Notes under the pieces: model-generated
What the model was told of the DNA's origin: nothing
The model's database searches: none
Seen by the model: only the letters and a program-made list of their open reading frames with translations
DNA from: Camelus dromedarius
Lineage: Eukaryota
Reading direction: 5' to 3'
Length of the DNA stretch: 49,160 bases
Assembly: GCF_036321535.1 (NCBI RefSeq)
Contig: NC_087437.1
Coordinates: forward strand, 122,638,001 to 122,687,160
Position numbers and translations under genes: made by a program
Shown: piece by piece, positions 25,156-37,999 of the stretch
Numbering within the stretch: the stretch's first letter is position 1
Layout of the letters: every line of letters begins with the position of its first letter

Positions 25156-25708
25156 TGAGGTGAGAAGCCCCTTTGAAAGACTGGCAGGACCCCCAAGCAG
25201 GGCCACTACTCTCCTGCCAGCATGATCTGGTTCCCTGGCCCAGAGGCTCTATCTCACTTTTTGCCTCTGAAACAGCTTACTTACCCCTAAAATTCAATTG
25301 GGTCCCTGAGCTCACTCTTGATTGGTTATTTCCTTCACTCCTGATTGGTTCATTTCCCTAACTTCTGATTGGTCCATTTGTAGTACTTCATTTGCATGGA
25401 GCTCACTCCTGATTGGTTATTTCTCTCACTCCTGATTGGTCCATTTTTACAAAGCTTGTTCCTAATTAGTCAACTTTAGTTATACCTCATTTGCATATGA
25501 TATTGCAGAGTGTAAACTGGCAGCCTATAAAAGCCGGTGTAAACCTACAGCCGTGGTCCAGAGCTTGGAGTGTTAACTCCTTTGGGCCTGCTGGCATGAT
25601 AAACCTGAGTACTTCAGCTCTCCAAGTACTGCTTGGTCTGTGGCAGGGATCCAGGTTGCTGTCACAACTGAGCTGTAACACTGAGCTGTAACACATTTTT
25701 CCACAGCA
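25156..25708 (+). mobile_element. Solo ERV1 LTR rich in CCAAT and octamer motifs
   Basis: TG...CA ends, near-TSD GCAT/GTAT, five GATTGG boxes, two ATTTGCAT, TATAAAA at 25526, repeated ctgagctgtaaca. Confidence 0.85.
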
Positions 25709-28700
25709 GTATATGTATATAGACAGATTTGATATATATGTGATCACAATGTATTAAAAGTAGAAATGAAAGAAAATATTAGAAAATAACCGCCACAACA
25801 AAAATCCTTAATACCTGGAAGCTAATTTTATGAACTCAAACTGTTACGAAAATACACATGATAATAAAATATCTAAACTAATAATGAAAAACCATAGATT
25901 GGAGTGTATATGATATAGTCAAGTAGTGCTCAGAGGAAAATTTTATAGCCATAAGTAATTATGCTAATGAATATGTGAGAATGAAGATAAATGAATTAAA
26001 GATCAAAATAAAAAATTTAAAACAATAACAAAATGGTAGGATGGGAGGTGGAAAAGTTGAATTAGGAAATGAATAACAATCAATAAAGAAATCCAGAAGG
26101 TGGCCTTTTGAAGAAAACCAAGTATTAGATAACAAATTAAGAAGTATTAAAAAGTATACTATAAATAATTTATAAGTTATGTGGTTATAAATGTATTATA
26201 AATTCATCATAAAAGGAAAATCTGGAGAACACAAAGACATGAAGGGAAAAAGTCAAAGTCACCCACAATTGTACTGCTCAGCAATCAAGTTTGTTACGGT
26301 TTTGGTATATTGTACCTCTGTTGCTTTTTCTGCATATGTATTTACATACTTTACAAAATCATTATCATGCAGTTTAGCCAGTTTTGTAGCCTTCTTTTTT
26401 AAACTTGATGTTGTATAAAAATATTTTCATTAAATATTCTTAGAAAGTATGGTTTTTATAGCTGCACATACAAATATAGGTATAATTTTTAATCATTTCA
26501 TCATTGGATATTTAGGATGTTTCTAATGTTCAGGGTTTATTTAATACTGTGTTTCTGGAGTTCACTTATTTATGATTAATTCATGGAATCAACTCCTAAA
26601 AATGGAATTACTGGGTCATAAGTTACACATATCTCTACACCCTTCAATACAGATTGCCAAATTGCAGTTATCAAAATTTAAGTTTCATTTCCTCTTACTA
26701 AATGTGCTGTGATATGCCAGGGACTACAATCACAGAGGCACAGAGTTACAGTCCCTGTGCTTGAGAGAAATATCAGGCTGGCCAGGGTTCCAGGCCTGTA
26801 GACAGAGTTCCAGAGCAAGGCACAAGTGAAGTTAGCAGGGAAACAAAAATGCCAACAGATTCCCACAGAGTCAGAAGAAAACTATCTTAGACAGAAGGTT
26901 GAGGATGTCCACTGGTCTGAAAGCTAGAAAGGACCTGGTATAGTTTGCCATCTATGCAGAATTTAATAAATTCCATGTCTGCTCTGTCCTGAGGAGGCCT
27001 CTGTTGCATCAGGTAGAAGAAACAGGAGGTACCTGTGGAGTCAACCTCACACAGCACAGCAGCCAGCAACCAACTGCTGACCTGGTAGCTCTGGTGGGGT
27101 TCAGGGACCTGCAGCATCTCCTGGTTCTCACCTCATCCCAGCACTGCTCATGGGTGAGTTGCTGAACAGCAACTGTGCTGGCAGCAAAAAGAGAATGCTT
27201 GTTCACACACCCCTCCCAGAGCATGGGGCTCACGTGGGCAGGCCCCTCCCAGGACATGGAGCCAGCAGCCTAGGGAGGGTGCTGGGGACTCTCAGGGTCC
27301 CAAGCTCCAGCCAAAGTGAGGAAATCTTTGGGGAATTACAGGTGGGAGAGAGTCACAGTATCGTTTCTGGTTCATGAAGTCTACATTGGGACGGGATGTG
27401 AGATGCACCATTGGGGCAGAAGCTTTGTCAGGGCCTGATGGAGGAGCTGGGGGCAAGATCGGGTTGGGCCACCATCAAGCCTGTGGCTGTAGAGTGGCAT
27501 TATTGTGGGGACTGGCTCTAGACTCCAGAGGAGGAACTGACAGTCACTGGGGCACAAGGAAAGTGGGGGACTGGGAGGCCCCTGGTGTCTGGGCTTAGCA
27601 ACCAGGGGAGGTGGGGCTGCCTCCTAGGGTGTGAGGAGCAGCAGGGTCGCAGTTTTGTGAGGGACCTGTTAGCCCTAAGGTGGGAGGGGGATGCAGGGTT
27701 TGGAGAGATGCGCCTGGCCTGGGGGACGGGTCCAGGGAGGAAGGAGAGAGCCCAGGTGGGGGCAGGTGAGTTACAGCAGACTCCATGCAGGGGACTGTGG
27801 TCTTGATGGAAGGAGCTCAGAGCCAGAGAGGATCGGCTGTCAGGTGCTCAGCTTCACTCTCCTGTTCCTCTGTAAAGCCACTGTGTCATAGTTTGAAACA
27901 CTGCCAGGGGTCCCCTGAGTCCAGTTCTGCCCTGGCTTCATCCAAGGGGTTCAGGTGGAAAACAACCACTGCAGGCCCCACCCATGTCCCCACAGGGAAT
28001 GAACGCCATCAGGGCACCGGGCTCACAGACTTCAGGAAACCATGGCCCTCAGGACTGGTTTCTTCCTTGCTGTCACCTGCTGGTCAGAGGCCCAGATGCC
28101 CCATCCTGGCTCCACCCTCTAGGGCCTGGATTCTGGGGCAGATTGTGGGCAGTGCAAGACTCTCACACTCCTTTATCTGCCTGATGGTGAGAATGTCTTA
28201 AAAGCTGCATTGGCTGATTCTGGAGGTCTGAGTGTTTCCAGCAGGTATGGGGGGAAGGGAGGGGTGTGAGTTTCCTACATCGGTAGGATTTTCCCAGGGT
28301 GAAGAGCTGTGCCTTCCCCTCCCAGTCCATTCCCCACACCATCCATCCAGGAAGCTCATATACAGAAGTATGAGGTCCAAGGCTCTCCCCTTGCTTGTCT
28401 GTGACTTCCCATTCCCACAGCCAGGAGCCTGGCTCCCACCATCTGCCCTTTTTCAACCAAATTCTCTGTTGCAGGTTACATGCACAGTGGTTTCAGAATT
28501 GTTAACTACTATACCCCGGAAAGAACTTTATAATAGAAAGCCCACAGTTTAACAATGGTCCATTCTGCCTTTGCAAAAGAAGTCTGTTCATTTCCAAAGT
28601 TAACTTAGGTCAACACCTGTTGCCCCACCATCAACTGTTTTTTCAACCTGTTTCTAATACATTTCATAGATTATGTGTCACACTGTGTGTTCCATCCTGT

Positions 28701-29389
28701 GACACTGCTACACCCTAAACAACTAAGTTTGAATAGATTATGATTAACCTTTGGGCTGTACAAATGTGTGGGTGTAGACACACGCATAGTGACAGGTGTC
28801 CATCCTAAAGTAGCGCATGGAACACTTCAGCCCCCACCCCCACCCCATGATCTGCTCATGCACGTAGCTTTGCCTCTTACATAATTGTCATCAATGGGGT
28901 CCTACTGTGTGCAGCCTCTTCAGACTGGGTTCTTTCACTTAGTAACATACAGGTAAGACTTACCCGTGTCTTTCTGGGGGTTGATGGTTTAATGTCCATT
29001 GCTGAGCAGAATTCCATTGCGTGTGTATGGGAGGAAAACCAGTTTTCCCTCTGTCGTTCTAGGTTCTTGGATGAGACCTCCCAGCCCCTAATAAGACAGA
29101 TTACCGGGAGAAAAACAAACAAGTTTAAAAACATGTATACCTCCTGTATACAGGGGAGACACCTAGGAACACTGATTCCCTCCCTGAAATGGCCCAAAGC
29201 ATCACCTTAAATATGACCTTCAGCTGAAAACAAAAGCAAGGCCTCGGGGAGGGAGGAAGTCATTTATGGCAGGTTACCATGAAAGTTCAGTAAACGAGAG
29301 TGTAAGGTTTAAAGTTTGTGTCTCCATTCACTTCATTCCACATGGCTTCCAGTTAATTGTTTCTTAAGTATTTGGAGACGTTACGGATA

Positions 29390-29850
29390 TTTGGCTCTAT
29401 TTCAGTTTGAATTTCCGGTTTAAAGGATTGAACAGAGCCGCTGTCGGGGCGGGGCCTCAGCTGGCTGTGAGGGGGCTGGGCCTGCACTTTCCCGTTGGCT
29501 GGCCGGGCCCGGAGCCCGCCTCCCCCAGCTGCGGCGGGAACTCGCATGTGTTCTGCGGCAGGATTTGGCGTCCTGCGCGGCTGCCTGGAGCCACGTCTCC
29601 TCTGGACCTGCCGGGGCTTTGGGACAACAGGGGGTTATGCCCACACTGACAGGAGCCCAGTCTACTCAGGACCCAACAGGAGGTGCTGCACTGAAGGGAA
29701 GGTGAGGAGGAAGGAAAAGTGAGGGAAAATGAGGAGAAGTTTCCCGTGAGGGGCTGACTGCTGAGGGGAATCCCTCCTCAGAGGCCCTGGGAGAGGAAGG
29801 GCTGGATGTGGGAAGCTGTGGGCTTTAGTCAGGTTTTGTGGGTGGTGCAG
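29390..29850 (+). promoter_or_regulatory. CpG-retaining promoter/first-exon-like block, module 3
   Basis: GGGGCGGGGC GC box at ~29446, visibly more CpGs than the paralogous blocks, donor AAG|GTGAGG at 29702. Confidence 0.55.
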
Positions 29851-32800
29851 AGAGTGTGCCATGTGCTTCTTTGGTGTGTGGTGTCCGGTTTTCCCAGCAC
29901 TGTTCATTGAGGGGACTGTCCTTCCCCCGGTGCAGGTTCCTGGGTCCTTTCTTGTGAATTAACTGACCACACACCTGTAGGTTTATTTGCAGACTCTCTC
30001 TGGTCTGTTTCCCTGTCGTTGTGCCAATTCCACACCTTTTTGGTGACTGTGCTTTTGTAATGCCGTGCGAAGTCAGGGAAGGAGATGCCTCCAGCCTGTT
30101 TCCCTTTTGTAGAATCTCTCTGGCTGTTCAGGGTCCTTTGTGTTTCCACACGAATGTTAGGAATGTTTCTTCTGTTCCTGTGGAAAATGCCACTGAGAGT
30201 TTATTTTATTTTATTGTTTATGTATATTTTAGTATTCAATTCACAATATTCTGTTATTTTTCTGTATTGTTTATTTTTGTGGCTTTGTAAGTTTATCTTT
30301 TTGTGTTATTTTATCATTATTTTCTTTTATTTTTTTTTTTGTTTAATTGTCATTTTTATTTTATTGAAGTATAGTCAATTCACAATATTCTGTTATTTTC
30401 TGGTGTAGGGCATAGTGATTTGACGAGGCTTGCTTTGAGTTTGAGGACTGCTTTGGGTAGAATTGACATTTTAACAATGTTAATTCTTTCTGTCCATGAG
30501 CGAAGGGTTTCTTTCCATTTATTTGCATCTGTTCAGTTTCCTTCCTCAGTGTCTCACAATTTTCAGTGTGCAGGTCTTTCACATCCTTGATTAAATGTAT
30601 TCCTAGGTATATTTTGGATGCAATTGTAAACGGGATTTTAAAAAATGTCTCTTTCTGATGTTTCATTATTAATGTATAGAAAGACAACTGGTTTTTGTGT
30701 ATTGATTTTGTACCTTGTAGCTTTACTGAAGTGCTTCATTAGTTCTAAGAATTTATGATGGTTTGATGTGGAAAACTAGAAATCAGAAATCGCCCTGTTT
30801 GGACTCCATCCAGGTCATCCATAGCACCTAAGACATAGCAGCTCCTAATCTTCCCACAGTGCCTCTAAATTGCATGTGGACTCCTGCAAGGGCGATGAGC
30901 ATCAGCCCTTTGGGTGAACTGGATCTGGTTAAGGGTTGGCCTCTATAAGGAAATCTGATGTCTTCTTTGCTTTTTTGGTGTGGTGTAAACATGGTTGTTT
31001 TCAAAAGTAATTTAGTTTCTAAAAAACTTTTCTTATAAAGTTCTGTATAAAATACTTTAAATAGCATTACCCAGTACTCACATTTGCCACCTCACATAAA
31101 ATACTCCAGTGGGTTTTACCTAAAACTGGGATACTCCCCCAGGGAACCAGCACATAAACCCCAAATGAAGAAATTTTATGATTCACTTTGTAACCCCATC
31201 CACAGGCCCACTTCAGCCTTCCCCTTTGCCCCAACTTCTGGAAATCCTTTTTTCCCATTCTGTGCCAGTTTTCTTTTTCTGAAACTATTACTGAGGGTTT
31301 CCCTCTTTTTTCAGAATCTTAATGGATTTAAAGCACACAAGATGAATACGATCTGGGTGGCATCTTCTGTGTGTCTTCTTTCACTTAGACTGTTTTCAGT
31401 TTTCATCCAGTTTGAATCATTATTGATTCATTCACATTTTTCATTGTCATTAAAAATACAGAACATAACATTTACCATTTAAACCATTTAACTATGCAGT
31501 TCTGTGGTATTAACTAAATTCATATTGTTGTACAGATACCTCACTATCCATCTCCAGAACTTACTCATTTTCCCCAAGTGAAGCCCTGTGTCCAGTGAAC
31601 ACTGACTCCCCTCAGCCCCTGGCAAGGACACTCTTTCTATCTCTGCATCTGACTTCTCTGGATGCCTTGTGTAAGGGGAATCATATATTTGTCCTTCTGT
31701 GTCTGGCTTATTTCACTTAGCATAGTGACTTCAAGATTTATTCACTTTGCAGCATGTGTCATGATTTCCTTAGTTTTTAAGGCTGTGTAGTATCCATTGT
31801 GTATACACCACATTTAGTTTATCCATTCATCTGTTGATGGACAATTGAGTTATTTCCACGTTTTGCTGTTGTGATTAGTGCTGCCATGGATATGGGTGTA
31901 CCCATTTCTATTCCAGTGCCTGCTTTCAAATATTTTGAACATATATCCTGAAGTGGAATTGATGGATCACATGTCAACCCCATGTGTAAGTTTTTGAGGA
32001 ACTCCCATATGGTTCTCCACCGTGGCTGCACCATTTCATTCCTTCATATGGCAGAATCATAGAGCGGTTTATGGATGTACCCTGTTTGTTTATCTGTTTA
32101 GCCTTTGATGGACATTTCAGTTGGTCTACCTTTTGGGCCATTGCGAATGGTGCTGCTATGAATATTTGTGTACCTTTTTTTTTGTTTGTTTGAACACCTA
32201 TTTTTAATGTTTTGGGGTCTATGTCTAGGAGTGAAGTTGTTGATCCATACAGTAACTGTATTTTTTATCTTTTTGAGGAAGTGACAAACTGGAAACATGG
32301 GCTGCACCATTTTCCAATTTTTCAAGTAATGTTTAAAAGTTTCAGTTTCTCTACATTTTTGCCAATATTTGTTGTTTTTAGTTTTCTTGATTGTAGGGCT
32401 TCTAGTGTGCTTGGGAGGGATGGCATTATGGTTTTAATTTACATTTCCATCATGACTGATTTTTAATATCTTTTCATGTGTTCATTGACTACTTGTTTTG
32501 TCTGGAGAAGGGTCCATTTTAAAAAAAAAATTAATTTTATTTATTTATTGGTGTTTTTCTTTTTCATTTTTATTAGGTAGAACTATTACTGTTTGACTGC
32601 ATGTATACATTATATTGCATGTAAATACATATATACAATATACTATACATTTTAAAAAAATTTACATATCGAGGAGGGTCTATTTAAGTTCTTTTTACCA
32701 TGTTAAAAAATGAGTTTGTTTTGTCTTTTTATGAGTTGTAAAAGTTCTTGATAAAATTTTTTTTCAAATATAATGTGCAAATATTTTCTTTGACTTTGTG

Positions 32801-32970
32801 TGCTGTCCTTTCAGTTTCTGGATAGCATCTTTGATGTACAAATGTGTTTAATTTTCAGGAAAAGCAATTAATTATTTTCTTTTCTTGCTTATGTTTGCTA
32901 TCAGATCTAAAAAAATTGCTAAATCCAAGGTCATGATGACTTATCCCCATTGTTTCTTTGAGAGTTTATA

Positions 32971-33306
32971 CAGCTTCCCTATCTGTGAGGTATTGGTTCC
33001 AGGACACCCTGTGGATACTAAATATCTGTCGGTGCTGAAATCCATTATATAAAATGGTGTAGTATTGGCAAATAATCTAAGCACAGCTTCCTGTATACTT
33101 AAAATCATCTCTAGATCACTTATAATAAATAATACAATGTAAATGGTATGTAAGTAATTGTGAAGAAAACATAATGTTATTTAAATTGTTTCTGGCATGC
33201 CACAAATTCAAGTTTCTCTGTATGGAACTTTCTCAAATTATTATTATTCTTTTATCTGAAGGTGACTGATTCTGCAAATGTGGAATCAGCAGATGAAGGC
33301 TGATTG
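32971..33306 (+). mobile_element. MER2/Tigger2-derived element (paralog of 12887-13229)
   Basis: Same sequence at the same position within the duplicated block. Confidence 0.85.
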
Positions 33307-36124
33307 TCACTTTACCACTCTTTAAATTTAAGCTTTTTATGTATCTTGAGTTAATTTTGCATGTGGTATGAAGCAAGGATCCAATTTCACTTCTCTTAGA
33401 AATGAAAAAATTTCACTGGATAGACAATTGCCTGACACCGTTTGTTGGAAACACAATTTGTTCCCCAATATAATGTTGCCCACTGTGGTAAAAAAAAAAT
33501 CATTTAGTGCATGTGTCTTTTCACGTTAGAGTTTTGCTCTGGATACACGTGCAGCAGTGGGATCTCAGACTTTTCTTGCTTCTGACCTAATCAGGATGAG
33601 GTCACTATGTGGAACCTACACTTCAGGAGAGGGGGCTTTAGCTCCACCTCCTTGATGGGTGTCATAGATTATTAGGAATTCTTCTGCATAGGAGTTCTCC
33701 CTTCAATCCCATTTATTAAAAAAAAAGCCCAACAACCTATGTAATCATTTAACGTCACCATTGTGGGTGCCTGGATAGTTTCTTTACTCTTTTGGTTATA
33801 ATCCAGCACTACAGGCTTCATTGCTGAGTTCATTCCTGCTTTGGCTACTGAGAACTCTTTCTTTGGCTCCTGTTTCCTTTGATGTCATTCCATATTTTGG
33901 TTTTTTTCTGCCCTGGTACTTCCTTACTTTCTGATACAAGATTCAAGATTATCCTGGCTCATATATTGATTGTCTCAGCCCTAGTATAAGCCATTTCTTC
34001 AAAGAGTCCTGATTCCTTTAATTAGAGAATGGTATTAAGAAGTTACATATGGGAGGAAAGTGTTCTCAGCTGACAATGCAAGAAAATGTGTGCATGTGTT
34101 CCCATCTTAGTGTATTGCTGTTGCTCAGGGACCACCATCCCCCATCCATCTGCCACAACCACATACTGTTTTAAATTTAAGTTACTTAGAAATGGCCAAA
34201 GCAAGAGGGACACTCTGACTCCTGCTTTATCCCCCTAAAAGCAGGAAATAAGCCTGTCATGTGAAAGGTTCAGAGGCGCATGTAAACATAACTTGTAACT
34301 TCTTTAATTTACTACCCCAAGCCCAAACGCTGTTTAGATTTTTCAAAAGCTACAATTCTTTAGGCTGTCAATTCCTAACAAATTTATAGTTTTCTAGATG
34401 TATAAAATGCCTGTTTTCACTACTTCTTACTTCCCATTTCTGTGAGACTTTTGTGTGTAGGAATTAAAATTTCTTTTTCTCCTGTGGCTCTGTCTTGTGT
34501 TAGTTTTATTATTAGTCCAGCCACAAGAAGTCAAGAGGGAGAGAGAGTGAAATTTCCCCCTCCACGGTAGTATACACTCCTAATTATAAAGATTTCTATG
34601 TGGAACTGTCTGTATTCATATTAAGCAGAAGACGGGTTTATACTGATGCCTCCAACTTGATCCATTATCATATGGACAGGGTACATCTCACCCCCCTGCT
34701 TATCTCCCAGTCAGACAGTGGAATCCTGGTTCCCACCAGCTTCCACCCATTCAATTCATTTCTCATTCTGCTCCAGATGAGTGGTTTCAGCGTTCTTAGC
34801 TCCTGCCCCTGTGGGATGGATCTTACAGATCCCACTGTTTACTTGCAGTATGTTTTCCCTGTAGTCTACACGTTCTGTTCATTCCTGCAGTTACTGAGGC
34901 TGGCCCCTTCTGCTCCAACACATCACTGAGTGTTTTCATACATTTCTAATACAGAGGCTGTGTTACATCCTGCATTCCATCCTGTGACACTACCACTTAC
35001 TTGATCACATAGTTGACTTGCTGGGTCATACAAACCTATGGGTTTAGACAAATGCATAATGGCAAATGTCCATCACTAAGTATCATATGGAACATTTCAA
35101 AACTCCCACATGACCTGTTTACCATCTCTTAGTTTTCCCTTTCCCCGAATTTCACATAAATTGGGTCACATAGTGCATAGGTAGCCTCTCCAGACTGATT
35201 CTTTCTCTTTTTGAAGGAAAATCACATGGAGTTGGTATTGACAAGTGAGCTCTGTCAAATGGAGCCAGGAGCCCATTCAGAACTTGTGACCTATCATATC
35301 ACATCTCAGCCTGAATCAAATCCTGAGTTTAGACCTGACGAAGCAACCCAGGACATCTGCCAGAAACTTATCTGTCTGTCAGAAACCTACCTACTTATTG
35401 TACTCTTGGCCTCAAATAATTCAGGGCATACTGATCACTTGAGTTTCTAAGCCATTATGAATAGACCTCCTGTGCATTACTTGATGTTCATTTTTGTTTG
35501 AACAGTTTTTCAAAGCAATTGTTTAAATTCAAGAGATGATTTTTTTTTGGATTCTAAGTTGAGACTGTTTAGCTCTGTAAGAAACTGCCAAACTGTCTTC
35601 CAAATTTGGCCACACCTGTCTTCCACCAGGACCTTGAATGTATTTTTGTATGATTGTTTTCTACCTGTATACCTTCTTTAGCCAGATGTTTGTTTCTATC
35701 TTTACCCATTTTAATGGGGTTGTTTGTTCTAGATTTTACTGATATAATTTGAGTACAAATCCTTTATCAGATACACATTTTGCAAATACTTTCTCCTTGT
35801 TTGTGGTTTCCCTTTTGCCTTTATGAATAAGACCTTTCACAAAGTAGACGTCTATAGTTCTATAAAGTCCACGTTATTAATTTTGTGTTGATTTGTAGAT
35901 AGGCATTTGTTGTTGTGAGTTAAAACTCATCACCAGACCCAAGGTCTTTCAGATTTTCTCCATTTTCCTTCTAAGATATTTATAGTTTTGTCATTTAAAT
36001 TTGTCTATAGGCAATCTTGAGTGAATTTTGCTATCAGTTGTAAAGTTTGTGTCTATGTTCTCTTCATTGTATACGTTTTTTAATTAATTGCTCCTTAACC
36101 AGTTTTTGAGACAACATAGTGAGC

Positions 36125-36560
36125 TATTTGGCTGTGTTTCAGTTAAGATTTCCAAAGGCACTATGTACAGCAGAACTGCATTCAGGATGCAGACTCTGGG
36201 CTTTTTGAACTCAGCGTTCCCTGAACTTTTTTTTAAATGGTTCACAGTGGGGTGCCAAATCCACCTGTGACCCACAGGGCACACCTTGTGGGTCATTCTG
36301 CCCATGGACTTGGGCAGAATGACAGGGGCTTGGTCTCTTCAGGACTGTCAGGGCTTTGTCTTCTAGACAGTGGGGCTGTGTCCATGCTGCCATGGGCTGA
36401 GTTTTCTTGGGCATTGCTGTGAAAAGGCACAATAAGAGGAAAAAAAGACCAAGTGGGGAGAAGCTTCCTGTGTGCAGCTGACTGTTCAGGGGAGTTCTGT
36501 CTTCAGAGGAACCTCAGACAGAGGTTGATGTGGAAAACTGTGGGGTTTTAGTTAGTTTTG
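36125..36560 (+). promoter_or_regulatory. Decayed GC-rich first-exon-like block, module 4
   Basis: Paralog of 17345-17790. Confidence 0.3.
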
Positions 36561-37325
36561 TGTGCAATGGGTGATGGTGACTAGTGATGTTCTTTGGTGC
36601 ATGGTGTCCCGTTTTCCTGGCGATGTCTATGGAGGGGAGCGTCCCTCCCTTTTTATATGTCCTTGGCCCCATTTTCATGAATTAATGGACCACAGCCATG
36701 CGGGCTTATCTCTGGGCTCTTTACACTGTTACTCTGGTCCGTGTGTCTGTGTTTGTGCCAGTTCCTCACTGTTGTGGTTACTACAGCTCCTTGATACAGT
36801 TTGATGCTAGGGAGGGAGATGCCTCCAGTTGTGTCCTTCTTTCTGAGAACTTCTCTGGCTGTTCAGGGTCCTTAGTTGCTCTATATTAATAGTAGGGTTG
36901 TTATTTCCATTTCAATGAAACATCACTGAACATTATATTGATATTGCAGTGAATTTGTTGATAGTTTTGGGTAGAATCAATAATTTAATAATAGTAATTC
37001 TTCCAATCCATGAGTACAGAAAATTTTCCTGTTTATCTGTGTCTTCTTTAACTTCTTTTTCAATTCTTTATAGTTTTTTGAGTACAGGTCTTTCACATCC
37101 TTAGTTAAATTTGTTCCTGGATATTTTCTTCTTTTTGATACAGTTATAAATGTGATTGTTTCCTTGAATTTTCCTTCTGATGGGTTATTATTAGTGTATA
37201 GAAATGCAACTGATTTTTGTACATTGATTTCAAATTGAACTTCATTGAATTTATTTATTTTAAAAACTGTTAAGTGTTGTGGAAAATTGTAACATTAAAA
37301 TCTCACTGTTTCTCCTTCATCCCAG

Positions 37326-37446
37326 GTCGTGCACAGGATCCAAGACTCAGTGGCTCCTGGTGTACTCATCCCACAGTGCCTCTTAGTAACAAGCGGACTC
37401 CTACAAGGGTGATCAGCATTGCAACTCTGGCTGACCTTGGATCTGG
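37326..37446 (+). other. Exon-like block, module 4 (best splice signals of the five)
   Basis: Branch-like ctcac, then tgtttctccttcatcccag|G and TGG|GTGAGT; 121 nt. Confidence 0.55.
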
Positions 37447-37999
37447 GTGAGTCTTGGCTTCTATAGCAAGGTGTGATGTGTGTCTTGTCAACTTCTCTGC
37501 CATGGTATTGATATGGTGGTTTTGAAAATTAATGGACTTTCCAGTAATTTCTATGATGGTGAAAACTACTCACAGTTGCCACTTTATGCAAAATACTGTA
37601 GGGTGTTTTACCCCAAACAGGGGTAGTCTCCTGAGGAGCCGTCATATAACCCACCAGTGAAGAAGCCGTGTGGCTTCCGCATTGTTGTGTGACCCGCCGG
37701 CCCCTTCAGCTGTCACCACTTGGTCCAGCTGCTTGTTCTCTGTTTCTGGGTTTGTTACTGAGACTCTCACTATGACAACCTTGATGGATGTAAAGCACAC
37801 ACGGTGACGATGTAATCTGGGAGAACTTTTCTTTATGGCCCTTTTCACTAGGGATCTTTTCAGTGTTTATTAAGGTTGTAAGTTGTATCAATTCTACATT
37901 CCTACATGATTTTCACTGTGATTAAAAATACATATGACACTTTTAATTGAAATCATTTCAAGTACACATTTTCGTGGTATTAACTACTTTTACATAATT

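Larger units (their letters stand above)
24100..26150 (+). mobile_element. Highly degenerate old L1 (L1ME-like) ORF2 remnants
   Basis: A-rich, with residual L1 phrases (ataaatgtgagtgagataaaactcacctatt, gtgctcagaggaaaattttatagcc); interrupted by MER58 and an LTR. Confidence 0.6.
28490..37850 (+). repeat. Segmental duplication block B (modules 3 and 4)
   Basis: Colinear with 7318-19068. Lacks the U1 insertion and carries a ~1-kb deletion at ~29300 relative to 8140-9130. Confidence 0.95.

Noticed and set aside
26880..28400. GC-rich ORF cluster as exons
   Set aside because: No recognisable protein similarity or consistent frame.
37326..37446. Protein-coding role for the repeated exon-like block
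   Set aside because: The one frame open in module 4 has a TAG in module 2 and indels in other copies.
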